The notes under the pieces are model-generated. The model had not been told where the DNA came from. It did not search any database and worked only from the letters and a program-made list of their open reading frames with translations. DNA of 64,000 nucleotides from Candidatus Altimarinota bacterium (GTDB lineage Bacteria; Patescibacteriota; Gracilibacteria; JBDHUY01): contig JBDHUY010000009.1 of NCBI GenBank assembly GCA_039809385.1, forward strand, positions 32,347 to 96,346. The letters run 5' to 3'. This document shows, one piece after another, positions 51,550 to 61,034 of the stretch (positions are counted from its first letter, which is position 1; each line of letters starts with the position of its first letter). A program made the translations under genes and the position numbers.

Positions 51550-51588
51550 AAGTGTACTTCATACAAATAGTATTCCATCTGCTCATCT

Positions 51589-52914
51589 ATGAGATCAAAA
51601 AATTCTCAAATCATCTCTCTCGCAGGTCAAATACTATCTGATCAACCGCCAATTCATACGCCAAGCGATACCGTCACGCCAATCTTTGAAGTATATAAAG
51701 ACTACTGTAGACAAGTCCTCGCACAACATAGCGATGAGGTACTTCTAAAAATACAGGAGTACCTGTTTCAGAATAATAATCGCGATGCATTTGCCGCACA
51801 TCTTGTACTCAAGCTAGAACTAGGGCGACGGTTTATCGCTTCATCACTCCCTTCTCAAGGTGTTACTGTTTACGTGTTAAACCCAATGTACAAGGAAACA
51901 AAGCGCCTTGCTCCTCGAACTTCCAGTAATCCGTATGGAGAGAACGCATTACTGGAAAAAATCAAATATTATCGCGAACTTGAAAGAGAAAGTAACGGAC
52001 GGTTAGGTATACATTACCTGGCTATCGACGACGTGTGTCCAGATGGCTCCGGGGAAATTGCCAAATGGCTACTCAAAAAAGCCTATCCTAAAGATTTTGG
52101 CCATAAATATCAGGTTATTGACTTACGCAATGGGATAAATGAAAAAAAGTATCCACCTAAGGGAGCTAGGAATGGCAGTATAAAAGGTGGCAGTATCCAT
52201 TATGGTATGGCATATGTATTAGCTCAGGCTAGGGGGAAAGCAACTGATTGTTTTATTTTAGATACTGATACCGATCTCTCCATACATCCCGGGCAGCTAA
52301 GTCTCGCCCTTCGAGAGTCCTATAAAAAGAGGGCTCTTGCGATTATTGCCTCTCGAAGACAGCATGACTCGGTAGCAAAGATTGAGCCCCAACGTGACAA
52401 TCGCGGCAAATTATATATTGCAATCATCCAAAGTTTATTACCAGGTATAGCCGCCGCCGGAATTTTGGATACGAACCGGGCTTTGAAACTATATCGACTT
52501 TCTGCAGCAGAGATTGTACACATCGAACAACGTATATTTCAATTCCCATATCAGATCGAGAACATTCTGTCCGCCCAAAAGTACTTCCCCCATGAAACCG
52601 TACCGCTAGGAATTGTTTCAGTAGACTCACCCGCACTTTCAACTTCGACATTTCTTGCTTCATATTACGACCAGATACTAACGATATGTAACCTTGCGGA
52701 TCAGTTCATGGGCAATAGGCATGCGGCACAGTTAAAGAATTACCTTCGCAAATTGGGAGCACGTGGTTGGCAGGAATTTGAACAACAACTAGCTATGGTA
52801 TTAGATTCAGTCGAAGTGAATCAACTACAGAACATCAATCTTGCTATACTTCTCCAAGAGTATCTTAAAATGCATTTTATCATCGACTCCGTACAATCGA
52901 GAACTCCGCGGTGA
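51589..52914 (+). CDS. Divergent GT2-like (GT-A) glycosyltransferase
   Basis: NPMYKE..RL, IDD.CPDGS, KGGSIHYG, DTDTDLS (DxD), IIASRR, DTNRALKLY; resembles the Dol-P-glucose synthase-type pattern. Confidence 0.7.
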   Translation: MRSKNSQIISLAGQILSDQPPIHTPSDTVTPIFEVYKDYCRQVLAQHSDEVLLKIQEYLFQNNNRDAFAAHLVLKLELGRRFIASSLPSQGVTVYVLNPMYKETKRLAPRTSSNPYGENALLEKIKYYRELERESNGRLGIHYLAIDDVCPDGSGEIAKWLLKKAYPKDFGHKYQVIDLRNGINEKKYPPKGARNGSIKGGSIHYGMAYVLAQARGKATDCFILDTDTDLSIHPGQLSLALRESYKKRALAIIASRRQHDSVAKIEPQRDNRGKLYIAIIQSLLPGIAAAGILDTNRALKLYRLSAAEIVHIEQRIFQFPYQIENILSAQKYFPHETVPLGIVSVDSPALSTSTFLASYYDQILTICNLADQFMGNRHAAQLKNYLRKLGARGWQEFEQQLAMVLDSVEVNQLQNINLAILLQEYLKMHFIIDSVQSRTPR

Positions 52915-53046
52915 TTGGAGAGATTGTCTTGAAAATTTCAGTTGTTGTCTATTGGTTTAACACAATACTGGGAACCAATTCCAGCACTTCAAAAACAAAG
53001 CTTATATTGCCCCCCAAGTTTATTCCTACTGTATCAACACCTCTTT

Positions 53047-54765
53047 ATGAACGCATTCCTAGGTATCAGTAATCTAGAAGTACGCTCGCATGACAATGCG
53101 GCCTGTATAATCAGCAATGGCCACCTAATCGCACAAGCAGAAGAGGAACGTTTTACACGTAAAAAACATTCTTACGATGCTATTACAAGAAACGCTATAG
53201 ACTTTTGTCTGAAGCAAGCGCATCTCACAGCCCAAGATGTAAGAACAGTCAGTGTTGGTTGGGATTTACCTCACACAACTTTTGACAGGGATAATACACC
53301 CGTATTACAATATGGTCCTCTAGAAGTGATGAAAAAGATATTTCCTGAATCTGTATACGGCAAACATGGTATTGAAAAAGTTTACTTTGTCCCCCATCAT
53401 TTATCTCACGCCTTGGTGGCCTACTACGCTAGCGCATTTCATAACGCCGCGATATTAGTTATCGATGGGTCTGGTGAAACAGAGTCAACAACGCTATGGC
53501 AAGCAGATGGCAGTGTTATAAGGAAAAAGATGTCGATTCAAAGCACGCCTCATTCTTTAGGGAGCATGTACGAAGGCATAAGCAACGTATTAGGATTCAA
53601 AAGCAGCGATGCTGGAAAAGTTATGGGATTAGCACCCTATGGAGATTCGAATCTCAGTCCTTTTGATATTGTAAAACTTCATCCAGATGGGTATAAAATC
53701 GAGTTTCCGCAACATATCTACGACAAGGTAAACGAAAGATACAAATCTCAGAATTATTATCGGATTGATTTTGTAAGAGCCTTGTGGATCGAATATATAA
53801 AAATGCTTTATCCAGAGATCAATAGAGTTGAACCTGACAACAACAATCCGCATCTGGACAATCGCGCTAACATTGCTGCGAGAGTACAAAAGACGTTAGA
53901 AAAAACCCTTCTTCATATTGTACAAATTGCCCGACAGGTAACCTCGAGGACAAACTTAGTATTGGGAGGGGGTGTCGCTCTCAATTGTTCAGCGAATGGA
54001 TTAATTGAAGAGTCTGGATTATTCAAAGAAGTATCGATTTATCCTGCATCAAATGATGCAGGGGTGGCATTGGGCAGCGCAATTTATGCCTGCCAAAGGG
54101 AAAACGTGGATGTAGACAAATTAGGTCTTAAGAATAACCCATACTGGGGACCGGAATACTCTATGGAGGAAATAGAACGATTTTTAAAGGAAGCCGGTAT
54201 AGACTTTACCTATACCGAAGAGACCTTCAATGACGTTGCAGAGCTTTTGGACCAAGGGAATATTATTGCTTGGATGCAGGGAAGAATGGAAATTGGACCT
54301 CGAGCGCTTGGTAATCGAAGTATTTTAGCCGACCCGCGTTCAATCTATTTACGAGACAAAGTAAATTCACTAAAAGGACGTGAACACTGGCGCCCACTTG
54401 CACCTTCCATCTTGGCAGGCCATGAAGCCGAATACTTTTCACCAGCGGTTTTATCCCCATTCATGATTAAGGCAGCCAAAGTACACCTTCAGAAAAGAGC
54501 GGCCATAGCAGGTGTTACTCACGTGGATGGATCAGCGCGCTATCAAAGCGTCCTGCCAGAAACTAATCCGACCTACTATCTTCTGATCTCCTCGTTTTAT
54601 AAAAGAACGGGCATACCGATGGTCTTAAATACATCCTTTAATCACCAAAGTGAACCTATTGTGTGTTCACCAGCTGATGCATTGCGGAATTTTACTCTCT
54701 GTTCACTAGATTATTTGGTAATGGGTAGAGCCTTAATTTCAAAGAATCATGTAAATCCCATATGA
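53047..54765 (+). CDS. Carbamoyltransferase, NodU/CmcH/TobZ family
   Basis: HDNAA...AEEERFTRKKH, HHLSHA, DGSGE, GKVMGLAPYG, GGVALNC, EIGPRALGNRSILADP, RPLAP, HVDGSAR, LNTSFN. Confidence 0.95.
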   Translation: MNAFLGISNLEVRSHDNAACIISNGHLIAQAEEERFTRKKHSYDAITRNAIDFCLKQAHLTAQDVRTVSVGWDLPHTTFDRDNTPVLQYGPLEVMKKIFPESVYGKHGIEKVYFVPHHLSHALVAYYASAFHNAAILVIDGSGETESTTLWQADGSVIRKKMSIQSTPHSLGSMYEGISNVLGFKSSDAGKVMGLAPYGDSNLSPFDIVKLHPDGYKIEFPQHIYDKVNERYKSQNYYRIDFVRALWIEYIKMLYPEINRVEPDNNNPHLDNRANIAARVQKTLEKTLLHIVQIARQVTSRTNLVLGGGVALNCSANGLIEESGLFKEVSIYPASNDAGVALGSAIYACQRENVDVDKLGLKNNPYWGPEYSMEEIERFLKEAGIDFTYTEETFNDVAELLDQGNIIAWMQGRMEIGPRALGNRSILADPRSIYLRDKVNSLKGREHWRPLAPSILAGHEAEYFSPAVLSPFMIKAAKVHLQKRAAIAGVTHVDGSARYQSVLPETNPTYYLLISSFYKRTGIPMVLNTSFNHQSEPIVCSPADALRNFTLCSLDYLVMGRALISKNHVNPI

Positions 54766-55433
54766 AAAAAACGATGGACGTCTCTAAAAACGTACTTGTC
54801 TTTGCACCACATCATGATGATGAATCGATCGGTTGTGGCGGACAGATAAGCATCCATGCGCTGCAAGGAGATAATGTGCAGTTAGCCGTAGTCACCAAGG
54901 GAACAATGGGTGTCCCGGATAAGACAGGACCTGAAGCCATGCAAATAAGGGAGCAAGAAGCAAGAGTTGCTGCGAAGATATTAGGAATTAAACGGATACT
55001 ATTCATGAGGCTCCAAGATCATGCGCTTGAATTCAATGCTACGAACAGAGATCGTTTCATCGAAACGATTCGACAGACGCAACCCGATCTTATCTACTTA
55101 CCCCACTCCGATGAAAGCGATCGCGATCACCGCATAACTTGCGAAATAGGAAAAGAAGCTACCTGGCTCGCAAAGGAAGCATCTATCAGAACACATAAAA
55201 AACACTTAGAGAAGACCCCACAGTTACGATACTACGAGGTCTGGACCCCGATAGCAAAACCGCATATATCAGTGGATATCGATAGCGTATGGCATATCAA
55301 GGAAGCTGCGATTGCAAGCTATCGATCTCAAATTTCGGAAACGGACTATATACAGATGGCAAAAGGCTTAAACATGTACAGGGCCATTCAAAGACATACG
55401 AGAGCAAAATTGGCCGAATGCTTCGATATCTAA
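54762..55433 (+). CDS. PIG-L/LmbE family N-acetyl deacetylase
   Basis: VFAPHHDDESIGCGG, REQEA..AA..LG, DRDH, YEVWTP, K..AI..YRSQ. Confidence 0.92.
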   Translation: MKKTMDVSKNVLVFAPHHDDESIGCGGQISIHALQGDNVQLAVVTKGTMGVPDKTGPEAMQIREQEARVAAKILGIKRILFMRLQDHALEFNATNRDRFIETIRQTQPDLIYLPHSDESDRDHRITCEIGKEATWLAKEASIRTHKKHLEKTPQLRYYEVWTPIAKPHISVDIDSVWHIKEAAIASYRSQISETDYIQMAKGLNMYRAIQRHTRAKLAECFDI

Positions 55434-55445
55434 TTTTACAATATC

Positions 55446-56645
55446 ATGTTCAACGCCACTTCCCCTGCCTGGGGTACCGTAAAAAAGCTGAGTTTGATGA
55501 CTTTTTTTCTCAATCTTTATTTTCTGAGTCCCGTCATTGTATTCTTTTATCAGCAGAAAGGATTGGATTTTTTCCAGATTTTGGCCTTGGAATCGTTCTT
55601 ATCCTTATGTATATTCCTGTTCGAAGTCCCCACCGGCATATTGGCTGATAAAATTGGACGCCGCAAAACCATCATCCTAGGTTCAGCATTTTTTATGTTA
55701 CAAAGTATTATATTCTTGCTTTCTAATAGCTTCTTATTCTTCATCCTAGCTTTTGCTCTAAGTGGTATTGGTGTGACATTGCATTCCGGTACAACAGAAG
55801 CCATCATTTATGACCAGTTGAAGAGGGAGAATCAGGAAAAGGAGATGAAGAAGGCCATGGGAATGGTCGATTCGGCCTCCTCTTTCGCAATGGTCATTGC
55901 TCCGGTTATAGGAAGCATTCTGGCATCTGATCTCAATCCGGAGCGATTCACCCTGGTTTTAGTCATGACCGTCCTGGCAACGAGTACTGGATTTATATGC
56001 TCGCTATTCATCTCTGATGACAATCACACTCCTGTTAAGGAAACAAATCCCCTGACTATCTTGGCAGAGGGCAGTCGCATAATAAAAAACAATCCCGCCT
56101 TAATGCGGATTTTGTTGTTAAGTATTTTCTCCAGTCCCTTCATCATGATCCTTAATTACCTATACCAGCCGTTTTTCAAAAATGCAAATGTTGCTGTTTC
56201 CTTATTTGGTCTCATTTTCGGATGTTCCCTCCTCCTGTCAGGAGTTGCTTCCAGACATGCCCATGCAATCGAAAAGAAATGGGGCTCAAAATTAACCGTG
56301 TTTGTAACTACTCTTATTCCAGGTCTGGCGTACGTATCGATGGCCATTATTCAAGATCCAATCCTTGCTGTTTTGTCTTTCATCATTGTAGTAGCTGTGA
56401 GTGGTGTCAGGACGCCACTATTTTCGGCCTATAAAAATCATCATATCCCTTCTCACATTCGAGCGACTGTACTTTCCGTTATCTCCTTGATCGGCAGCTT
56501 ATTTTCCATGATTATGCGCCTTATCATAGGGAAGATTGCTGACTGGAATCTTTACTGCGCTTTTTTTCTGATGGGAGCAATCATTATCACTGCTTCATTG
56601 CTTCTTCAAATCAATGAATCTCATCTTGAAGCTAATAAATCTTAA
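55446..56645 (+). CDS. MFS transporter (probable exporter)
   Basis: About 12 TM helices; FEVPTGILADKIGRR, SGTTEAIIYD, IRATVLS. Confidence 0.92.
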   Translation: MFNATSPAWGTVKKLSLMTFFLNLYFLSPVIVFFYQQKGLDFFQILALESFLSLCIFLFEVPTGILADKIGRRKTIILGSAFFMLQSIIFLLSNSFLFFILAFALSGIGVTLHSGTTEAIIYDQLKRENQEKEMKKAMGMVDSASSFAMVIAPVIGSILASDLNPERFTLVLVMTVLATSTGFICSLFISDDNHTPVKETNPLTILAEGSRIIKNNPALMRILLLSIFSSPFIMILNYLYQPFFKNANVAVSLFGLIFGCSLLLSGVASRHAHAIEKKWGSKLTVFVTTLIPGLAYVSMAIIQDPILAVLSFIIVVAVSGVRTPLFSAYKNHHIPSHIRATVLSVISLIGSLFSMIMRLIIGKIADWNLYCAFFLMGAIIITASLLLQINESHLEANKS

Positions 56646-56655
56646 ACCGTCCAAT

Positions 56656-57816
56656 ATGCTTACAAAAATTGGCAGCATTATAGGTAAAGAGACCGTGGAG
56701 TTGGACACGAACAATGTTCCAGTATCAGACCCATCTCTTCTGGACAACTTCACGAAGCTTGCAGTTCTTACGGTACTTGCAGCCTATAGAAAAGAAAATA
56801 TCATAAAAGTGGCGGACGAATTTTCTCCCAATATCGACCGCAAGAAATTAGGTCGGTTCATGTCGTATGTCGTCAACCATCCCATAGCTCCCATGGTATA
56901 CGACCTAAAGATCCAGCAATCCGCAACGGCAGAATCAATAAATATGCCCTATGAGCCAAATGACCATGAGGTGGTACTCAACTTTAGCGGAGGGATCGAC
57001 TCAACCGCTGGTTTATTATATAACCTCGATAGCAGTCAGAATGTACTTCCCCTGGTAGTATCTTTCGGCCAGAAGAATCAAGCTGAGGAACTAGCAAGCA
57101 TAGAGAGAATACGAAGGAAACTGGCAATAGCAGTAAAAACGGTACAAGTCGACCTAGCCCAGGAGGTAGATAAAGGAGCGAGAGAGTGGCAATACATTGT
57201 TCCCGGTAGAAATTTTCTGTTCATGGCTATTGCAAATTCTATATTAAGACGTTCGCAATCTGCATCGGCCAGTATACACTTGTGTGCCGTTAAGGAAGAA
57301 TTAGGCAAACAGAAGCACCGAGACAAAAGTCTGTATTACTTCCGAAATGTTGGAAAATATTTTTCTCAGGATACTGGAAAGAAAATAACGACCGGCAGTC
57401 CCTTCACTCAATACACCAAAGCAGAAATTCTCTATTGGTGGCGTACTCATTGGGAAAAGAGGTATGGAATTTCTCCTCATGATACCGCTACCTGCTATAA
57501 TGGTCACAAATGCGGTACATGTAGAGCCTGTTTTCGCAGAGAAGTGTCACTTATATGTGCTGGGTATGAGGTCGATCCAGAGTTACAGGCTCATCCATTA
57601 TCAGACCCTGTCGGATTTATAAAACATACGTGGATTCCGGAAATTCAATCAGGAAAAAAACCTCGTACATCAACACTGGACTTTTTGATCGCATTGGAGA
57701 GGAGCAGGCAGATAGCACCAACTCACCTACGAAAGTACCTTGACGAAACCAGCTGGCAGACACGTCGGGCAATGACCGCCCGCCAAAAAAAGATAGAGTC
57801 TACTCAGTTGACATAA
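56656..57816 (+). CDS. queC: QueC-like 7-cyano-7-deazaguanine synthase with N- and C-terminal extensions
   Basis: PP-loop FSGGIDST, FGQKN, VPGRN, TKAEI, Zn motif TCY...CGTCRAC..R. Confidence 0.85.
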   Translation: MLTKIGSIIGKETVELDTNNVPVSDPSLLDNFTKLAVLTVLAAYRKENIIKVADEFSPNIDRKKLGRFMSYVVNHPIAPMVYDLKIQQSATAESINMPYEPNDHEVVLNFSGGIDSTAGLLYNLDSSQNVLPLVVSFGQKNQAEELASIERIRRKLAIAVKTVQVDLAQEVDKGAREWQYIVPGRNFLFMAIANSILRRSQSASASIHLCAVKEELGKQKHRDKSLYYFRNVGKYFSQDTGKKITTGSPFTQYTKAEILYWWRTHWEKRYGISPHDTATCYNGHKCGTCRACFRREVSLICAGYEVDPELQAHPLSDPVGFIKHTWIPEIQSGKKPRTSTLDFLIALERSRQIAPTHLRKYLDETSWQTRRAMTARQKKIESTQLT

Positions 57817-57820
57817 AACC

Positions 57821-58648
57821 ATGAAAGAAGTACCGCTGTCCATCATAGTACCAGTATCAAAGGACATAAAAATAATTCAATGCCTAGAGAGTATTGATGT
57901 TCGCACGGAGATAGTAGTTGTCCTTAATAACGACCCATCAGATGAAGTAGTCCGTGCTGTTCAAAAAGATGAAAGAGTAGTGAGCGTTCATTTGGACAAC
58001 CAGCCATGTAATCTGGCAAAAGCTTTTAATCGTGGAGTGGAAAAAGCAAAAAATGAAAAAATACTGCTAACAAATTCAGACTGTGTATTTCCAGCAGGCC
58101 TCATAGAAAGCATGTCCGAACTGCTAGACGAATATGAAGTAGTAAAAAGCAGAGTGGAATTCCGATTCCGCACTTTTGACGAGTTTTTAGTCGCACGCTT
58201 ACGATATTTGTTTCATCATGTATATAATGACTCCCTCAATTTATTCGGTCCTGGTCTGGGATTCCGCAAAAAGATTATCAAATCTATAGGAGGATACTTA
58301 TTTGATGAAGATATGGCTTGGGGAGAAGATGGTGAATTGAGTAGAAGAATCCATACGGTACAACTCGATGTGACATTTACTGGTAGCAACTTAGTACATG
58401 CGGAAGAAAAAGTATCCCATGACCTAACAATGGCAAGCCGAATCGGAAGTGGAAAAAGAGCAGCAGATACTAAAAACCAAGTATCACTATCTCAAGGAGC
58501 TTCTCGCCTAGCACTGGAAATACTTCTGGATAAAAAGAAACAATTGAGGATAGCACTACAACAAGAACAACCAGCTGTAGCCGCATACTACTTTCTGTGG
58601 AAGATTGCGTATGTTTTAGGATATCTCAAAGGGAACAAAAGATACTGA
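57821..58648 (+). CDS. Glycosyltransferase family 2
   Basis: SIIVPV, EIVVV, AFNRG...A, LTNSDC, GGYLFDE...WGEDGELSRR. Confidence 0.88.
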   Translation: MKEVPLSIIVPVSKDIKIIQCLESIDVRTEIVVVLNNDPSDEVVRAVQKDERVVSVHLDNQPCNLAKAFNRGVEKAKNEKILLTNSDCVFPAGLIESMSELLDEYEVVKSRVEFRFRTFDEFLVARLRYLFHHVYNDSLNLFGPGLGFRKKIIKSIGGYLFDEDMAWGEDGELSRRIHTVQLDVTFTGSNLVHAEEKVSHDLTMASRIGSGKRAADTKNQVSLSQGASRLALEILLDKKKQLRIALQQEQPAVAAYYFLWKIAYVLGYLKGNKRY

Positions 58649-58704
58649 TTTCTACAAATTTCTCTCTCTAATACGTTACCTACGTGATCGCTCCCGTCGT
58701 ACCT

Positions 58705-58731
58705 GTAACAGACACACGGGGCTGCTGCTAC
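58705..58731 (-). repeat. GTAG-headed REP-like palindrome
   Basis: Reverse complement GTAGcagcagccccgtgtgtctgttac; related to 45082-45108 and 12552-12572. Confidence 0.55.
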
Positions 58732-58742
58732 ATACGTTTCGT

Positions 58743-59885
58743 TTATTCCTCGCAATTAGTACCTAAACCACCTACACACGATTCTGTCGGAGGTTTACCG
58801 CGTTCCGGACATTTTTCGGAATAGATGCAGGCCTTGTCTGACACGGCGGCGATCTCTTTATCCAGGGTAGTCTGATCCTGGTTGCCGTAGATAATCAAGA
58901 TCCGGTCGAGATCTTTGGGCTGGTATTGATCAAATTGGGTGTTTTCTTTGCCGTTGACAAACATACGCAGCTTTTTGTCGTCTTCGTTACAATACTTGTC
59001 TCCGCCGTCAAGCACGAAACAGGTACTGGAAAATTGCATCCCCAAAGACATAAAAAAATCAGCCAGGCGAATGCCTGACTGATGAAAGTGTACCACTTCG
59101 CCGTTGCGATCGTGAAGATGTACATATTCGTTCAAATGTTTTTCTTCGGTCGACTGGTATTTCGTTTGAGATAGATCGACCGGTTTGTCTTGTAACACGA
59201 TCCGCAGATCGGCGTGGGCGTGATAGCTCAGCGAGCTGGCATTTTTATTGTCGGGTGTGGCGGATTTGAGAAAATCGGCCTGCTGTAAAGACAGATCAAG
59301 CAATTTTCGAAAATCTTCGATACTGCGCGGAGGCTGGATCGCCTGTCCGTTGAGAAAAAAAATCGGCGTACCATTTACCCCCAAGGCCCGGCCGGCATCC
59401 ATACCCCGGCGAACCCGGGCTTCTACGTCGGAACTGTCGAGATCTTTCAGGAACTGATCTTTATTCGCTCCGATCTTTTCGGCATACCCCGCAAACATAT
59501 CCCGAGCGCCCCCCGATTCGGACCAGTCTTTCTGTTGCTGGTAGAGCATATCGTGCATCTCCCAGAATTTCCCCTGACGTCCGGCCGCCTCGGCGGCTTT
59601 GGAAGCCAGCAGCGCGTTTTGATGGATCGAGGTTAACGGAAAGTGCCGAAAAATAACTCTGAGATCTTTGGGATAATCAGCGGCTATTTCTTTGACCAGC
59701 GGATAATACGCTCCGCAAGCAGGACACTGGAAATCGGCAAATTCTACCAGAGTCAGTTTTGCCGTTGCGGGTCCTTTGACCCAATCCTGGGCATCTACTT
59801 TGAGCGCTTCGTCTTTGGAGATTGATGAACCGTTACATGCGGAAAGAAGTAAGAGAGACAGGAATAACAAGGAAAATTTTTTCAT
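58743..59885 (-). CDS. DsbA-family thiol-disulfide oxidoreductase lipoprotein with a His-rich C-terminal domain
   Basis: Lipobox LSAC, EFADFQCPAC, RHFPL, GKFWEMHD, GVNGTP; second domain HAHAD...HLHD...VHFH. Confidence 0.88.
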   Translation of the reverse strand: MKKFSLLFLSLLLLSACNGSSISKDEALKVDAQDWVKGPATAKLTLVEFADFQCPACGAYYPLVKEIAADYPKDLRVIFRHFPLTSIHQNALLASKAAEAAGRQGKFWEMHDMLYQQQKDWSESGGARDMFAGYAEKIGANKDQFLKDLDSSDVEARVRRGMDAGRALGVNGTPIFFLNGQAIQPPRSIEDFRKLLDLSLQQADFLKSATPDNKNASSLSYHAHADLRIVLQDKPVDLSQTKYQSTEEKHLNEYVHLHDRNGEVVHFHQSGIRLADFFMSLGMQFSSTCFVLDGGDKYCNEDDKKLRMFVNGKENTQFDQYQPKDLDRILIIYGNQDQTTLDKEIAAVSDKACIYSEKCPERGKPPTESCVGGLGTNCEE

Positions 59886-60145
59886 AACAGAAAGAGAACA
59901 ATATAGAGTAAACGGATAAACAAGGAACTTCCAGAATCGAAAACAACATAGCAAAAAAAGTTCAAAATTCAAAGTTCAAATCACAAAAGAATGCTAAATA
60001 TCAAAGCTCCAAGAACTACGACAAGCAATTATGATGTGTATTTTCCACGTTTGATATTGGACATTTAAGCTTTGTTCGCCTCGGCGGATTGTCATTTGGA
60101 TTGTAAGCTTTGGCATTATCTACCAATTCGTTAACCGCTCTTTCC

Positions 60146-60904
60146 CTAGAGATACTCCATCAGCGCATCATACTGAAAAAAGGAAAAGAACCGCCCGCCA
60201 TACTCAACGAGCAGGGATATGTTGTCGGTCAGCATAAGTACGCCGATCGCAATAAAAAACAGTCCTCCTAACAGTGAGATCCATGGCAAAACCGGTCCGA
60301 TCTTTTTCACAAACTTTTTGGCTTGCGCGATGAACAGGGCCATTATAAAAAAAGGAAGTCCCAAACCGAGCGAAAAAACTGCTAACAGCAGACTGCCTTG
60401 CCAAACTGTCTGTACATTTCCGGCGAGCAGCAGAATCGACCCCAGGATAGGACCGATACACGGTGTCCACCCGAAGGCAAAAGACGCTCCCAACAACAGG
60501 GAATTAAGAGCGGTGCCATGGTCGAAAAAAGACGGAATCCTCAGTTGCTTTGCATTCAGAAAATAAGGCATTTTCAGCAAACCGGTCATGAGAAGGCCGA
60601 AAAAAACAATAAACACTCCGGCAGCTTTGGTCAAAAAAGCCCGGTACGGAAACAAAGCTTGCGTGCCGACAAACGCCACAAAACTCCCGAAGAAGATAAA
60701 AACAAGCGAAAAACCCAGGACAAAAAAAAGACCGTTGCGGACGACCCGGTTACGCAACAAACGCGCCTTTTCGGGATGTTCCAGATCTCCCAGATGCGTC
60801 CCGCTCACAAAAACCAAATACCCGGGAATCAGCGGTAACGTACACGGAGCCAGAAAAGTAATAAGACCGGCTACAAAAGCGGCCAAGACAAGCGCAAGAT
60901 CCAT
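60146..60904 (-). CDS. ccdA: Cytochrome c biogenesis CcdA / DsbD transmembrane protein
   Basis: AGLITFLAPCTLPLIPGYL and FAFGWTPCIGPILGSIL. Confidence 0.93.
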   Translation of the reverse strand: MDLALVLAAFVAGLITFLAPCTLPLIPGYLVFVSGTHLGDLEHPEKARLLRNRVVRNGLFFVLGFSLVFIFFGSFVAFVGTQALFPYRAFLTKAAGVFIVFFGLLMTGLLKMPYFLNAKQLRIPSFFDHGTALNSLLLGASFAFGWTPCIGPILGSILLLAGNVQTVWQGSLLLAVFSLGLGLPFFIMALFIAQAKKFVKKIGPVLPWISLLGGLFFIAIGVLMLTDNISLLVEYGGRFFSFFQYDALMEYL

Positions 60905-61034
60905 GGGAAGACAATCAATGTATTACGTATTAGGTATAATGTATTCTTAAATCAGAGGTTACAAGCGGATTACAAATCATCAGTTTTACTAACCGATTGA
61001 AACGCAACTGTCTAGCCAGCACATACGTTTGCTC

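Noticed and set aside
46399-58648. Ordinary queuosine operon or canonical Dpd restriction-modification island
   Set aside because: No tgt, queA, queF, dpdA/B/C or helicases in the window, and sugar-tailoring and export genes are interleaved; cannot be fully excluded without the rest of the genome.
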